Positions 27,335 to 37,647 of a stretch of DNA of 64,000 nucleotides are shown in pieces. Position 1 is the stretch's first letter. Each line of letters begins with the position of its first letter. Both the position numbers and the translations under genes were made by a program. Origin of the DNA: a virus; IMG/VR virus record IMGVR_UViG_3300047509_000103, positions 16,858 through 80,857 of that record. The stretch is one strand, 5' to 3'. The notes beneath the pieces are model-generated. The model worked only from the letters and a program-made list of their open reading frames with translations, was not told where the DNA came from and did no database searches.

Positions 27335-28381
27335 ATGGCTGACAAAGAAAACGAGCCGCAGAAAGAACTGCCGCTCGACAACCAGCAGGTGGACGATGCT
27401 GATATTTCCGACTTCGACGATGCGGCAGCCGGTGTCGGTTCACCGCCGGCCGCTGCGCCAGCGCAGGATGACGCCAGCACTGCTGCTGCCGAGCAACCGG
27501 ATGGCAAGCAAGCGGAAGAGGAAATAGATCCGGAAATTCTCAAGGCCATTGCGGCTGATGATGAGTCGCCAGCTGCAGCGGCAACCGACGACGATCGAAT
27601 GATCCCGAAGGCGCGCTTTGATGAGGTCAACGGCAAGTTCAAGGACGTCGCGTCGCGCCTTGATGCTATTGAGGCCGACCGCAAGCAGGCCCAAGCGAAG
27701 GCCGCTCCCGGCCGCGACTTCGACGCTGAAGAAAAGGAGTTGGAGGCCAAGCAGAAGGACTTGGAGGACAAATTCGAAAGCGGTGAAATCGACGCCGACG
27801 CGCACCGCGCGCAGGCTGCCGACTACGTCAAGCAACTGCGCCAGCTCGACCGCGAACGCGGCCACGCTGAAGGACTTGGTACAGGCCTTCAAGAAGCGGA
27901 TAAGCGCGTCGCCAAAGAACGCCAAGAGGCCGCGCAGAAGGCATGGCAGGCGAAGATTGGTGCGTGGGAGAAGGCCAACGCCGACAAACTCGAAAATGCC
28001 GCCTACAAGGACAAGGTCGAGGAACTGTTCACGAAGTTCGGCAAAGACCCGAGCTTGTCGGATGACGACCTGATTGCCAAGGTCGAGGAAGGTGCCCAGG
28101 CATGGGTTTCGCAGATGGCGAAACTACTTGGCCTCGGCGAGAAGACGCCGGTAGCCGATCCTGATGCAGTTCCTGCAGCCGATCCGCACGCCGCTCGCAA
28201 CGCGAAGGACGCAACAGCGCAGGCGCGCGCTAGCGCATTGCCATCGGCATCCGTGCCAGGCAGCGCCGGAAACCGCAGCACGCGCGGCGCGATACCTGGC
28301 AAGGTCCAGGATCTTACTCAAAAGGAAATCGATGGGCTGCTCAAGGAAGACGGCGCCGCGAAAGATATCGCAGACTTCTGA
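27335..28381 (+). CDS. capsid scaffolding protein
   Basis: acidic coiled coil with 'MIPKARFDEVN', between portal and capsid genes. Confidence 0.75.
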   Translation: MADKENEPQKELPLDNQQVDDADISDFDDAAAGVGSPPAAAPAQDDASTAAAEQPDGKQAEEEIDPEILKAIAADDESPAAAATDDDRMIPKARFDEVNGKFKDVASRLDAIEADRKQAQAKAAPGRDFDAEEKELEAKQKDLEDKFESGEIDADAHRAQAADYVKQLRQLDRERGHAEGLGTGLQEADKRVAKERQEAAQKAWQAKIGAWEKANADKLENAAYKDKVEELFTKFGKDPSLSDDDLIAKVEEGAQAWVSQMAKLLGLGEKTPVADPDAVPAADPHAARNAKDATAQARASALPSASVPGSAGNRSTRGAIPGKVQDLTQKEIDGLLKEDGAAKDIADF

Positions 28382-28399
28382 ACCTAAGAGGAATTTTCA

Positions 28400-29032
28400 A
28401 TGAGCACCGTAGATTCCCAGTATGCGATAGGCGCGAATGCGCAGGAGCTGTCTGACTCTGTCGCCGCCTTGATCGCGCTTGGCTATGAGCCGACGGATAG
28501 TCCGTCTTTCAACGGCACGCACTTCATCCAGCGTTGCGACAATGACGGCGGTGCATCGATTGGCGACGGTGCGACCATCGCCGTGCATAACTCTGCCGGG
28601 GCGGATTCGCACAATGCCGTAGCGGAGGTCGCTGCTGGTGTTCTGACGGATGTGAAGTTTGCGTCCACCATTGCGATGGTGGACAACGCCGATACGGTCG
28701 TCGTGAACAATTCCGCCGGTTCTCCTGTGGCCGGAACGCACAGCGCCGAAGTTGCCGCCGGTGTCCTGACGGATGTGAAACTGGCGGCTACGGTTGCCCC
28801 GGTCGTGAATGCTGCGACCGTCGCCGTACACAATTCGGCTGGCTCGGTAGTCGCAGGTACACACGTTGCCGAAGTTGCGGCAGGCGTTCTGACCGACGTA
28901 AAACTCGCCGCCACCATTGCGCCGGTTGCAAGTGGGCTGGCGCTCACTGGAGTTACGCCGACCGGATCGTACGTGACCACGGTCACGTTCACTGTTACGG
29001 CCGGCGTCATCACGGCGATTGCACTGAGCTAA
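28400..29032 (+). CDS. virion/decoration protein with three ~41-aa repeats
   Basis: (NSAG..AEVAAGVLTDVK.A.T) x3. Confidence 0.7.
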   Translation: MSTVDSQYAIGANAQELSDSVAALIALGYEPTDSPSFNGTHFIQRCDNDGGASIGDGATIAVHNSAGADSHNAVAEVAAGVLTDVKFASTIAMVDNADTVVVNNSAGSPVAGTHSAEVAAGVLTDVKLAATVAPVVNAATVAVHNSAGSVVAGTHVAEVAAGVLTDVKLAATIAPVASGLALTGVTPTGSYVTTVTFTVTAGVITAIALS

Positions 29033-29075
29033 AGCAGATACATCCACAAAACCGTTAAAGCAGGAGAATTTTCAA

Positions 29076-29537
29076 ATGACCATTTCCAGTTCATCGTTTG
29101 CAGTCGGAGTCGACGTAAAGTCGCTGAGTGACTCAATCGCTGCCCAGATCGCGCTTGGCTTTCAACCAGCCGATAACCCCATCCAAATGCACAACCTGCT
29201 TATTCAGCGTTGCGATAAGGTGACAAGCTCGCAAGTGCTCGCCGCTGGCGATGGTGCGATCGCCGTTGCGCAAGGCACGGTCATCATCACCAAAGGAAGT
29301 GCCGCGGCACTGACTCTGGCTGCGCCCACGACCGCGCAGGCTGGCACGCGTATCACGATCACCAGTTCGACGGCCTTTGCGCACGTCATCACTGCGACCG
29401 GTCTACTTGAAAACGGTACGACAGGCGGTCCGCACAACACCGCGACCTTCGCGGCGTTCCCGGGTGCCACCATCACGCTCGAGGCCTACAACGGTCTGTG
29501 GTTCCTCGTGTCTAGCGTTCTCGTGACGATCGCGTAA
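29076..29537 (+). CDS. virion/decoration protein
   Basis: Ala/Thr-rich; N-terminus paralogous to 28400..29032. Confidence 0.7.
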   Translation: MTISSSSFAVGVDVKSLSDSIAAQIALGFQPADNPIQMHNLLIQRCDKVTSSQVLAAGDGAIAVAQGTVIITKGSAAALTLAAPTTAQAGTRITITSSTAFAHVITATGLLENGTTGGPHNTATFAAFPGATITLEAYNGLWFLVSSVLVTIA

Positions 29538-29639
29538 GACATTTGTCTCCATGAGCCGATGAAAGTCGGCTCTATGCCAGCGATGGCCTGGCTCGCTGAT
29601 CGAGAACGATCGTTTCAATTTTTGAGAATACCTCGCTTC

Positions 29640-29826
29640 GGGAATCGAATGCGGGTCGGGTTATTGCGTGCCTAAAACGCAATTCGATCGCTGAGTACAG
29701 CGGTTCCGCAGCACACGGCTGCGATACCAACGTGTGCCCTTTGGCGGGCTCAACGCCACGGCTTCGTCCCACGACATAGGGACGGTTCCGCGTGACCGGC
29801 GAGACGGGTCGTTTGTGTCGATTCCC
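29640..29826 (+). ncRNA. putative multi-stem structured RNA leader of the capsid gene
   Basis: GGGAATCGA/TCGATTCCC closing stem enclosing about six hairpins. Confidence 0.55.
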
Positions 29827-29864
29827 AAACCACTCCTTTTCCATCTCTCACGAGGTAACTCATC

Positions 29865-30983
29865 ATGGCCGTTACTGGCAATTTATCCCCAGCAGAAAAG
29901 AAGTTCCTTTTCCGCAAAAAGCTGCAGCAGGAATACCAGGAAGACTTTTTCTTCACTGGCGCGGAAGGTCAGGGCACGGCTGTGATCGAGAAGATCACCG
30001 AGCTGTCCCGCAACTCCAAGGGCGAAGAAGCTGCGTACTTCCCGCTGATCCCACGCCTGACCGGCGGTGGCATCATCGGCGACAACACGATGCATCATCG
30101 TGAGCGCCAGGCAAGTGCTGCATGGCAGAAGTGCAACTTCTCCGCGTTCGCCAACGCGATCGTCAACAAAGGCGCATTGTCGGATCAGAAATCGCTGATT
30201 CAGGTGCGCACGATCCAGCGTCCGGTGCTCGGCAAGTGGCTGGCCGACGCGAACGAGGATCAGGCCGTTCTCACCGCTTCCGGCATCAGCTACCTCTACA
30301 ACACGGATGGCTCGCTGCGCGTCACGCCGGAAGGTCAGGATCCATGGACGATGCTGGACTACGCCAACGACGTATCGGCGCCGTCTGTCAACCGTCACTA
30401 CAACTGGAACGCCAGCTCAAATTCGTTGGCGTTGGTAGCTGATCACGCACTGGTCTCAACGGACAAGTCTTCCTACGGCTTGCTGCCGGAGATGAAGGCC
30501 ATTGCGATGGACAAGCGCATCACACCGAGCCGTCTCGGGGGTCGTGATGTGCACGTCGCGCTCTGCCACACAAGCGTGATGTCGGGACTGTGGAAGGACG
30601 ATGACTTCCGCAGGTCAGTCGTGCAATCCGGGGAACGTGGCTCGAACAACGCGTTCTTGAAGTTCGGTCACTTCACCATTCACGACCTGCTGATCGTTCC
30701 GTACTCGCGTTGCTACAACACGCGAGGCGCCGTATCCGGCACCAACAAGTTCGGATCCGGATTGAACGTGGATGGCTCACGCATTCTGCTGATGGGTGCG
30801 CAAGCACTTGCCCGTGCCGACTTGGGTCCGCCCGAGTGGTTGGAGCAGAAGGACGACTACGGCCGCACGACCGGTTTCGGCGTGCAGCACTTCGGTGGCT
30901 GGCTCAAGCCGGTGTTTCCGAGCTCCTACGACAACGGTTCGAACGAGGACTTCTCGATCGTATCCGTCGACGTGGCGATCTGA
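29865..30983 (+). CDS. major capsid protein (N4-gp56/DUF4043-like)
   Basis: 'IEKITEL..KGE.A..L...L.G.G..GDN', 'LMGAQALA.ADLG.PEW'; position after scaffold. Confidence 0.82.
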   Translation: MAVTGNLSPAEKKFLFRKKLQQEYQEDFFFTGAEGQGTAVIEKITELSRNSKGEEAAYFPLIPRLTGGGIIGDNTMHHRERQASAAWQKCNFSAFANAIVNKGALSDQKSLIQVRTIQRPVLGKWLADANEDQAVLTASGISYLYNTDGSLRVTPEGQDPWTMLDYANDVSAPSVNRHYNWNASSNSLALVADHALVSTDKSSYGLLPEMKAIAMDKRITPSRLGGRDVHVALCHTSVMSGLWKDDDFRRSVVQSGERGSNNAFLKFGHFTIHDLLIVPYSRCYNTRGAVSGTNKFGSGLNVDGSRILLMGAQALARADLGPPEWLEQKDDYGRTTGFGVQHFGGWLKPVFPSSYDNGSNEDFSIVSVDVAI

Positions 30984-31046
30984 CCCGCGCACGGCGGCCA
31001 GTCGTAAGGGCTGGTCGCCACTTCACCCAACACGAGGTAAAAATTC

Positions 31047-31445
31047 ATGAGCACGACCAATCAGTTCCAGCGCACCGTCCCGCTCGTCTCTCCAGTGGAA
31101 CTTGGAAAGGCGAACAACGGCATCGGCAATGCCATCAATACGATTTTGAGAAGTGGTGCAACTCTCACCAACATCAAGGCGTATGTCCGGACCGCATTCG
31201 ATGGCTCCGGCACGGTCACCCTGACTGTGACCGATGGTACGACGACGTTCATCAACGCGCAGAGCGTCAAGACGGCCAGCGCCACTACGCCGCTGACAAA
31301 CGCCGACTCGGACAACGACTATCCGACCGGCGGCACGATCCAGGCCTACATCACCGACCAGAACAGCGACAGCACGAAAGGCCAAGTCGTCGTCAAGTTG
31401 TTCTACGAGGACGGCAAGGTCGTCGACATCTACGACAACGGCTAA
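31047..31445 (+). CDS. virion structural protein
   Basis: 'VRTAFDGSGTVTLTVTDG'; follows capsid gene. Confidence 0.7.
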   Translation: MSTTNQFQRTVPLVSPVELGKANNGIGNAINTILRSGATLTNIKAYVRTAFDGSGTVTLTVTDGTTTFINAQSVKTASATTPLTNADSDNDYPTGGTIQAYITDQNSDSTKGQVVVKLFYEDGKVVDIYDNG

Positions 31446-31475
31446 TCCAGCAGCCCAAGAGACGCGCAGTAAGCA

Positions 31476-31509
31476 AGCCGGCGGCACATTTCGTCGCCGG
31501 CTATTTTTT
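31476..31509 (+). terminator. intrinsic terminator
   Basis: AGCCGGCGGC-loop-GTCGCCGGCT followed by ATTTTTT. Confidence 0.75.
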
Positions 31510-31520
31510 GGAGTAAGCAC

Positions 31521-31904
31521 ATGCGTTTCAGACATAAAACCGGAGTCAGGTTGGCATCCCTGGCCGGCCCGATCGTTTGGGTTGGCAAGGACTGGTTGGA
31601 ACTTCCGCCGAGCCTGTTCCAAGAAATGGCGATGAAAGCGGGATGTGAAGTCGACACGAGCACGATTCCGTCGTTGCCTCCTGCACCGGAGCCAGTCACC
31701 TCGCCGCTCATGGTGAGCGATAACGTGCGGCAGGTCACGCGCACCGCGCTGATTAAGATGATTTCGCGCAATGCGGATGGTGATTTCACCAAAGAAGGAT
31801 TGCCAAACCTCAAGACACTGTTGCGCGAGTCCGGCACTCCTGTCGACAAAGAAGTTGCGTTGTCGATCTTCGCCGAGCTGCAGCGTGAGGCAGAAGAAAC
31901 GTGA
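31521..31904 (+). CDS. hypothetical protein
   Basis: 'DFTKEGLPNL' motif; GGAG RBS. Confidence 0.7.
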   Translation: MRFRHKTGVRLASLAGPIVWVGKDWLELPPSLFQEMAMKAGCEVDTSTIPSLPPAPEPVTSPLMVSDNVRQVTRTALIKMISRNADGDFTKEGLPNLKTLLRESGTPVDKEVALSIFAELQREAEET

Positions 31905-32623
31905 CCGTAGATGACCTGGTTTGCACATTCAGGCAACGGGCAGGCGATAACGCTTTGCCGCATCTGTGGCATACCAGTTTTCTGTATCAAGTCGCGAGCG
32001 AAGCAGAACGCGAAGCATGCGTTCGCGCTCGCCTGATATGGGACGAGACGAGCAGCTTTCTTACCATTCCCATCGTCGCTGATCAGCCGATTTATGCGCT
32101 CGATCAGCGCATCGACCGTATTGAGCGCGTGACATTTTTCCCGACAACGGGGCGGCCGTGGGATTTGATTTTGGCCGGGATCGATCGAATCGAGCAGCAG
32201 CGCGGCGGCCACTTGTATACCGGATGGGACTGGCACACCGGATACGGCAACGATTCGGACTGGCAACGCAGAAAAGGACGCCCAGAGTACGCAGTGCGCC
32301 TTGAGAACACGCTTCGGCTGTGGCCAATGCCGCATGGCAACTATGGTAGTGGCACGATCCAGATCGCGTGCTACCGCTATCCGCTCGATGCGATGGAAAC
32401 GCCGGTAGACGAGCCGGAAATTCCTGTCGAAAACCACGACGGCTTGGTCGACTGGATGCTGTACAGAGCCTATTCGACGAAGGACCAGGACGACCAGGAC
32501 GATCAGCGCGCACTGGGTGCACTTGCGACGTTCAACGCGCGCTTCGGCGAACGCCCCAGTGCCGACGTATTGCGCAGGCATCGCGAGAAGCGTCGCGTAA
32601 CGACACGCTACGGAGGTATTTGA
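31901..32623 (+). CDS. head-tail adaptor
   Basis: 'EAEREAC.RA.LI', 'GRPEY', 'PEIP...HDGLVDWMLYRAY'. Confidence 0.75.
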   Translation: MTVDDLVCTFRQRAGDNALPHLWHTSFLYQVASEAEREACVRARLIWDETSSFLTIPIVADQPIYALDQRIDRIERVTFFPTTGRPWDLILAGIDRIEQQRGGHLYTGWDWHTGYGNDSDWQRRKGRPEYAVRLENTLRLWPMPHGNYGSGTIQIACYRYPLDAMETPVDEPEIPVENHDGLVDWMLYRAYSTKDQDDQDDQRALGALATFNARFGERPSADVLRRHREKRRVTTRYGGI

Positions 32624-32624
32624 A

Positions 32625-32783
32625 ATGGCTGCCACTTACAGCGCATACACCATTCTTGTTTACCCGTCGATGGCCGAACTGATTACAGCGGTCGCGGCGC
32701 TGCTTTCGACACAAAATCCGATTGGGGCGCCATTCCCCGATCATGAAGGCAATTGGTGCCAGGCGATGGGCACGTTTATCTGA
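32625..32783 (+). CDS. 52-aa DUF1737-like protein (not in ORF track)
   Basis: MAATYSAYTILVYPSMAELITAVAALLSTQNPIGAPFPDHEGNWCQAMGTFI; GGAGG RBS. Confidence 0.6.
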   Translation: MAATYSAYTILVYPSMAELITAVAALLSTQNPIGAPFPDHEGNWCQAMGTFI

Positions 32784-32851
32784 TGGCAACCCAATTTGGT
32801 TCCTACTCGCCCGTTGTTTTGGGCAACACCGAAACGCTCTGAGGACGAGTC

Positions 32852-33310
32852 ATGGAGAAACGTTTCGGGCAATACAGCACCACGGTGCCGATGGCGCTGA
32901 CGTGGGTCGAGCAGATCACGTTGTATCAAGATGAAGAGCAGACGATGCCGGTTGATTTGACCGGACTTGCCGCACGCGCGCAACTGCGTCTCACGAAATG
33001 CACGTATGTGGATCCAATCGCTGGCGCGCCAAATCCTGTTCTGGAATTGACGACTCCAAACTACTACGGACCCACGCCGCCAGAAGTCCCCGTTCCGGCG
33101 TGGCCAGTGCTGGCCGTCCTGTCTATTCCAACACCGGCCAACGGAACCATTCTGCTCGACGCGCTGAAATCTCAATACGTTCGATACTTGAGCCCAACGA
33201 ACGCCAAAGTGAAATACTACTGGCAGATCGTTTTGGTAAACCAAGAGACGCTTGACTACGCGCCCGTCGTTGAGGGCGCTGTGGTGCTGTTGCCGGCCAC
33301 GACCCTATGA
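32852..33310 (+). CDS. virion structural protein
   Basis: 'PVDLTG..ARAQLR...YYWQI..VVEG' pattern. Confidence 0.7.
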   Translation: MEKRFGQYSTTVPMALTWVEQITLYQDEEQTMPVDLTGLAARAQLRLTKCTYVDPIAGAPNPVLELTTPNYYGPTPPEVPVPAWPVLAVLSIPTPANGTILLDALKSQYVRYLSPTNAKVKYYWQIVLVNQETLDYAPVVEGAVVLLPATTL

Positions 33311-34080
33311 CGGGTGTCTATTGCGGTGACGGCTCGGTGAAAGTTTCTCTGAGCAGTGAACAGGTAAGCAGGGTCGATCAGATCCGGCCGGTCAATACCG
33401 GTGGCCAGGGATTTCAGGGCCCGCCCGGTGCAACGGGCGCAACCGGAGCAACCGGTGCAACCGGTACCACAGGATCTACAGGTATTACTGGCGCAACGGG
33501 CGCAACCGGCGCAACCGGCGCACAGGGGGCAATAGGTTCTACTGGTGCTGTCGGGGCCACTGGTGGAGTAGGCCCTACAGGAGCAGTAGGCCCTACGGGC
33601 GCACAAGGTATTACTGGCGCTACAGGCGCCACCGGTGCAACTGGTCCCGTCGGTCCTACCGGTCCAACAGGACCGGCAGCACCGTTCAACTCGGCGATGA
33701 CGAACGGCGAAGCGACAACAATAGTTGCTGGAATGGCCGTCTATATCAGCGCCGCTGACACGGTGAAGATGGGCCTGGCAAGTGCGATGGCCACGAGCAA
33801 CATCTTCGGAATAGTGACAGCCGCCAGCATTGCAGCAAGTGCGATAGGAAACGTCCAGCACGTCGGCGTGGTGTCGCTAGCGACTGCGCTATGGGATGCG
33901 GTCACAGGGCAATCAGGCGGCCTCACTGCTGGCTCGATGTACTACCTGGATCCGGCGACCGCCGGGCACATGACTACCACGGTGCCTGGCAGCGGAAACA
34001 TCGTTGCCGTGCTCGGCCAGGCGAAAAGCACAACCGATTTCAAGTTCCAGCCACGTTTACCGGAAGGACCGTTACCTTGA
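33307..34080 (+). CDS. collagen-like fibre protein
   Basis: about 29 G-X-Y triplets (33405-33680) plus globular C-terminal domain. Confidence 0.85.
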   Translation: MTGVYCGDGSVKVSLSSEQVSRVDQIRPVNTGGQGFQGPPGATGATGATGATGTTGSTGITGATGATGATGAQGAIGSTGAVGATGGVGPTGAVGPTGAQGITGATGATGATGPVGPTGPTGPAAPFNSAMTNGEATTIVAGMAVYISAADTVKMGLASAMATSNIFGIVTAASIAASAIGNVQHVGVVSLATALWDAVTGQSGGLTAGSMYYLDPATAGHMTTTVPGSGNIVAVLGQAKSTTDFKFQPRLPEGPLP

Positions 34081-37000
34081 TTCGCTACCTACTTGCACTG
34101 CTGCTGACTGCCAACGCGTTTGCAGCGACGAACACGCTCGTCACCAGCAATCCACCGAATCACGGCTTGGTGGCAGCAAAGGACACCAGTGCCGGTGCCG
34201 GCGATGCGGCCAAGGTGCCACTGCTCAATTCATCTGGCCTCATCGATCGCACGATGATACCGGTGCTTGGCACGACGACGTATTCAGTCGATTCCTACGG
34301 TGCTGTCGGAGACGATTCAACCGACGACTCTACCTCTGTGCAGAACGCAATCAACGCGGCTGCGGCAACTGGCGGCGTCGTTACGTTCCAGGCAAAAACC
34401 TATCTCATCAATTCGCAGCTGACTATTCCGAACGATGCAGGAAGTCCGGTAGCGCATCAACGTCCGATCAGGTTGCAGGGTGCAGGTTCGCACATGAACG
34501 GCCAAGGCGTCGCGGCGCCGTATGGCGGGACGATTCTGGATCTACGCACCAACGCCACAGACGGCAAGTTGGTCAGCTATGGCCTTGGCTTGCTCGAGCT
34601 GCGCGACATTACGTTCACCGATAAAGGTACAAATTCAAATGTATATGTGCTCGTCACGAACACGACATTGCACGCGCAGGACAATGCCTTCATAGGTAAT
34701 CCGTCGAAGTCAGCTACTACCTGCGACCAAGATGCGATCGTACTGGGCGGAACAACGCACACGTTTGGCAACGGGCCGACGAATTCGTTTCAAGGTTACG
34801 GCACCGTCATCAGCAACAACTTCTTTGATCGCATTCGCCGCGCGGTCTATCTGCGCGTGGATGCGAACACGAGCATCGTTCGCGATAACACGGTCTGGAC
34901 GAACAGCGGAAGCAATCTGGCCAATGGCGCAGTGATTGAGTTGGATGGTGGAGTCTATACGGCCACTGGCAACACGATTGAAGGCAACCTGGTCGAGATC
35001 GGCAACTACACCTATGGGATCAAGCTAGCGAACGGCAGCGCCAACACACTCATTGGCAACGATGCCTTTGATGCCAGTGGCTCGACCATTGCGATGGTGC
35101 GCGCTGAATCCACAGCGACGCGCAACGTCATTGTCGGAAGTCTGGCTGGCGGTTCGCCGGCGATATATTTCAGCGACGGCAATTCATCGCCGTCAAGCAA
35201 TACCTATGTATCCACCGATCAAGGCCATCCGTCGAACTTTGGGCCTGCGTACTTTTTCGACGACGCTGGCAATCAGCCGACGAAGTTCGACAACGTATTG
35301 TTTCCCGGTGGCAATGGCAAGACGACGATTCAGCCAGCAGCCACGTCGACTGGTTCAGCGCTCATGCTGCGGGCACTGCGCAGTGCAGCAGAGTCAACGT
35401 GCCCAAGCGGCAGTGCATGGGACATCACCTATGCCGGCGACATCGACTTTTACAGTTCAAGCTCTTGCGGCACGCAGCTTGGGCAGATCACGAACTTTGG
35501 TCGCAACTGGCTCGCCAGCGGAACCGGCGGCGCAATGTTGCAGGACAGTGGGAGCGGTGGATCGAACTTCACGCTGAAAAACGCAACGGTCCTATTTCAG
35601 AATCACGCTGGAACGCAATACGCATCGATCGGATCGAGCGCAACGTCATTCACGCCGCAAGTAAGCGCCGCGAGCTACGTCGCCAACGGTACGGGCGGGG
35701 CTGGATACATCGAATTGCAAACGCAGTCGGCGAAGCCAGGAACGCCTGGCACAAGTAACCTGCGCATGTATTCCGATGCCTCGGGGCGGTTGGCGTGGAT
35801 CGGCTCAAACGGATTCCAGCGCGTTTTCGACGGCACAGGCAACACGGCAGATCGAATCTACACGCTGCCTGACGTCGCTGGAACGATGCTTAACACGGGC
35901 AACGTGGTGAATATCCTCACCACAACCGGCGCATTGAAGGGCAACGGAAGCGGCACGATAACGCAAGCCGCGTGCGCTGATCTGTCCAACGGCGCGGCCG
36001 GATGCTCTGCAACATCGCTGCCGCCGAACGGATCAGCCGGTGGCGATCTAGCTGGCACGTATCCCAACCCGACGCTGGCCAATATCTCCACCGGCACGAC
36101 GATGCCGGGAACGATCGTCGCGACGAATACGGCCGCACCGTCCTCGCCAGCATCAGGTAAGGACACGCTTTACACCGACTCGACTGATCTGCGACTGCAC
36201 GACAAGAACGCATCAGGCGTTATCGGTACAACTGTCGTTGCCGACACTGGCGCGACGAACAATTTCCTAACGGCAATATCTGCTGCTGGTGCAATATCCA
36301 AGGCGCAGCCTTCGTGTGCGAGTCTTAGCAATTCCGTTGCTAGCTGTTCAACTGACGCGACGAACGCGACGAACATTTCGAGCGGCACGCTCGGCGCGGC
36401 GCGGCTTCCAAACCCCACTGCGTCAACTTTGGGCGGCGTTGAGTCGCTAGCCGCTACCTCGCATCAATGGATCAACACGATCAGCACGAGCGGCGTGCCA
36501 TCGAGCACGCAGCCCGCATCGACAGATTTAAGCGATAGCGCGACTGTCGCAAAGACCACTGACGTACAGGTATTCACATCCACTGGAACATGGACGAAGC
36601 CGACAGGCGCGCTTGCAGTATTCGTATATGCAGTTGGCCCAGGCGGTGGTGGCGGGTCAGGACGGCGCGGCGCAACCTCATCAATAGTGGGCGGCGGCGG
36701 TGGTGGCGGAGGTGGCGCGGTCGTGTTTATGACTATGCCAGCTACGGTCCCTGGCGCAACTGTCGCTGTGACAATCCCTGCTGGCGGGACTGGTGGCACC
36801 GCTCAGACTGTAGATTCAACCGATGGCGTTGCTGGTGGACTACCAACAGGTAGCACGCAGTTCGGCGCTTTGTTACTCGCAGCGCGCGGCGGCGGCGGGG
36901 CAGCTGGAACGAATGGTGCGGCGACCGGCGGCGGTGGCGGTACTGGTGTCTTAAATGGTGGTGCCGGTGGTGCTGCCAGCGCTACTGGTTTGCTCGGAGC

Positions 37001-37370
37001 GAATGGCGCAAACGGCAACGGCGGCGGCGGCGGCGGCGCGGGCGCAGGCATAACGTCAGGCAATGCCGTGAGCGCCGGTGGCAACGGCGGCATTGGCAAC
37101 GCCATGTCCACTCTTTTTACTGGCGGAACAGGTGGCGCTGCGACTGGCGCGAACGGAACGCAAGGCACCGCATCAACAACCAACTTCGCAGTGGGTGCTG
37201 GCGGCGGCGGCGGCGGCGGAAGTCTGCTCGCTGGGGTAGGCGGTTCCGGCGCGGCGGGTCAGTTGTACGGATCAGGCGGCGGCGGCGGCGCTGGCGCCAA
37301 CAATGGCAACAATTCAGGAGCTGGCGGTGCTGGGGGTGGTGGCGTCGTGGTTGTGATTACCACGCGATGA
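34077..37370 (+). CDS. tailspike/fibre with beta-helix and Gly-rich C-terminal domain; signal-peptide-like N-terminus
   Basis: '[20 protein letters not shown]', NT/GN repeats, '[17 protein letters not shown]'; TTG start overlapping upstream TGA. Confidence 0.8.
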   Translation: MIRYLLALLLTANAFAATNTLVTSNPPNHGLVAAKDTSAGAGDAAKVPLLNSSGLIDRTMIPVLGTTTYSVDSYGAVGDDSTDDSTSVQNAINAAAATGGVVTFQAKTYLINSQLTIPNDAGSPVAHQRPIRLQGAGSHMNGQGVAAPYGGTILDLRTNATDGKLVSYGLGLLELRDITFTDKGTNSNVYVLVTNTTLHAQDNAFIGNPSKSATTCDQDAIVLGGTTHTFGNGPTNSFQGYGTVISNNFFDRIRRAVYLRVDANTSIVRDNTVWTNSGSNLANGAVIELDGGVYTATGNTIEGNLVEIGNYTYGIKLANGSANTLIGNDAFDASGSTIAMVRAESTATRNVIVGSLAGGSPAIYFSDGNSSPSSNTYVSTDQGHPSNFGPAYFFDDAGNQPTKFDNVLFPGGNGKTTIQPAATSTGSALMLRALRSAAESTCPSGSAWDITYAGDIDFYSSSSCGTQLGQITNFGRNWLASGTGGAMLQDSGSGGSNFTLKNATVLFQNHAGTQYASIGSSATSFTPQVSAASYVANGTGGAGYIELQTQSAKPGTPGTSNLRMYSDASGRLAWIGSNGFQRVFDGTGNTADRIYTLPDVAGTMLNTGNVVNILTTTGALKGNGSGTITQAACADLSNGAAGCSATSLPPNGSAGGDLAGTYPNPTLANISTGTTMPGTIVATNTAAPSSPASGKDTLYTDSTDLRLHDKNASGVIGTTVVADTGATNNFLTAISAAGAISKAQPSCASLSNSVASCSTDATNATNISSGTLGAARLPNPTASTLGGVESLAATSHQWINTISTSGVPSSTQPASTDLSDSATVAKTTDVQVFTSTGTWTKPTGALAVFVYAVGPGGGGGSGRRGATSSIVGGGGGGGGGAVVFMTMPATVPGATVAVTIPAGGTGGTAQTVDSTDGVAGGLPTGSTQFGALLLAARGGGGAAGTNGAATGGGGGTGVLNGGAGGAASATGLLGANGANGNGGGGGGAGAGITSGNAVSAGGNGGIGNAMSTLFTGGTGGAATGANGTQGTASTTNFAVGAGGGGGGGSLLAGVGGSGAAGQLYGSGGGGGAGANNGNNSGAGGAGGGGVVVVITTR

Positions 37371-37437
37371 CCACGCCCGACAAGTCCATCGCCGAGCGCG
37401 CGTTCTGCGCAATCGAGAAGCGGTCGACGGCTATCGC

Positions 37438-37620
37438 TTGAACATCGTGCCAGCAGAAGAACGCGAGCGCCGCAAGGCGCTCTGCGCCGCATGCCCGTAC
37501 CTAAAAGTTTTTCAGCCCGTAAGGCCCTTTCCGCCAATCGACCGGTGCGGCAAGTGCGGCTGCCCGATCCACACAAAAGTGCATGCAAAGGCCGGCAGTT
37601 GTCCTGACGGCAAGTGGTAA
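37438..37620 (+). CDS. small Cys-rich protein
   Basis: CxxC..CxxCxC..K..CP..KW. Confidence 0.65.
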   Translation: MNIVPAEERERRKALCAACPYLKVFQPVRPFPPIDRCGKCGCPIHTKVHAKAGSCPDGKW

Positions 37621-37647
37621 TAACCTCTGAGCAGGCTTAAAGAAACG

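Noticed and set aside
33405-33680. DNA tandem repeat element
   Set aside because: Explained by collagen G-X-Y coding
33891-34076. Upstream extension of the tailspike ORF given in the track
   Set aside because: Overlaps the collagen gene; the coupled TTG at 34077 has an RBS and is the more plausible start
36640-37345. GGC microsatellites or PE-PGRS gene
   Set aside because: Gly-rich C-terminal domain of the tail protein
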